Assembly: GCF_006345805.1 (NCBI RefSeq)
Contig: NC_043010.1
Location: 5,704,001 to 5,768,000, forward strand
Direction of reading: 5' to 3'
DNA: 64,000 nucleotides
Origin: Octopus sinensis
Taxonomy: Eukaryota
The translations under genes were made by a program, and so were the position numbers. Each line of letters begins with the position of its first letter. Within the stretch, counting starts at the first letter, position 1. The notes beneath the pieces were generated by a model. The model did not search any database and was not told the origin of the DNA. It saw only the letters and a program-made list of their open reading frames with translations. Positions 63,917 through 64,000 of this stretch are shown here, piece after piece.

Positions 63917-64000
63917 TACATACATACATACATTTGTGTGTGTGTGTGTGTGTGGTGTGTGTGTGTGTGTGTGAAGGTTTGTTGTTGAATCTGATGATTA

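Overview
Eukaryotic, AT-rich genomic DNA saturated with microsatellites. It is most likely octopus or another coleoid cephalopod; this is an inference from the tRNA-derived SINE families and the (TA)n/(CA)n/(ATGT)n load, not from a search. Most ORFs in the supplied track are artefacts of simple repeats. Real content: about 35 SINE copies from at least six families; one near full-length but decayed CR1/L2-group LINE (33.1-37.1 kb, minus strand) whose 3' end is shared with the dominant SINE; fragments of RTE, CRE-like and Gypsy retroelements; a maT-like DNA transposon; piggyBac- and pogo-like MITEs; Helentron-like elements; several long inverted repeats; and Penelope-type repeats carrying hammerhead-ribozyme motifs. 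A chain of short minus-strand candidate exons (39.6 kb down to 0.6 kb) may belong to an unidentified host gene, with its last exon inside a 1.07 kb tandem duplication. The best leads are the variant hammerhead motifs, a fold-back element with the same breakpoint at two loci, the LINE/SINE pair with a compensatory 3' hairpin, and the cryptic exon chain. All family assignments come from motif recognition by eye; nothing was searched or aligned computationally.
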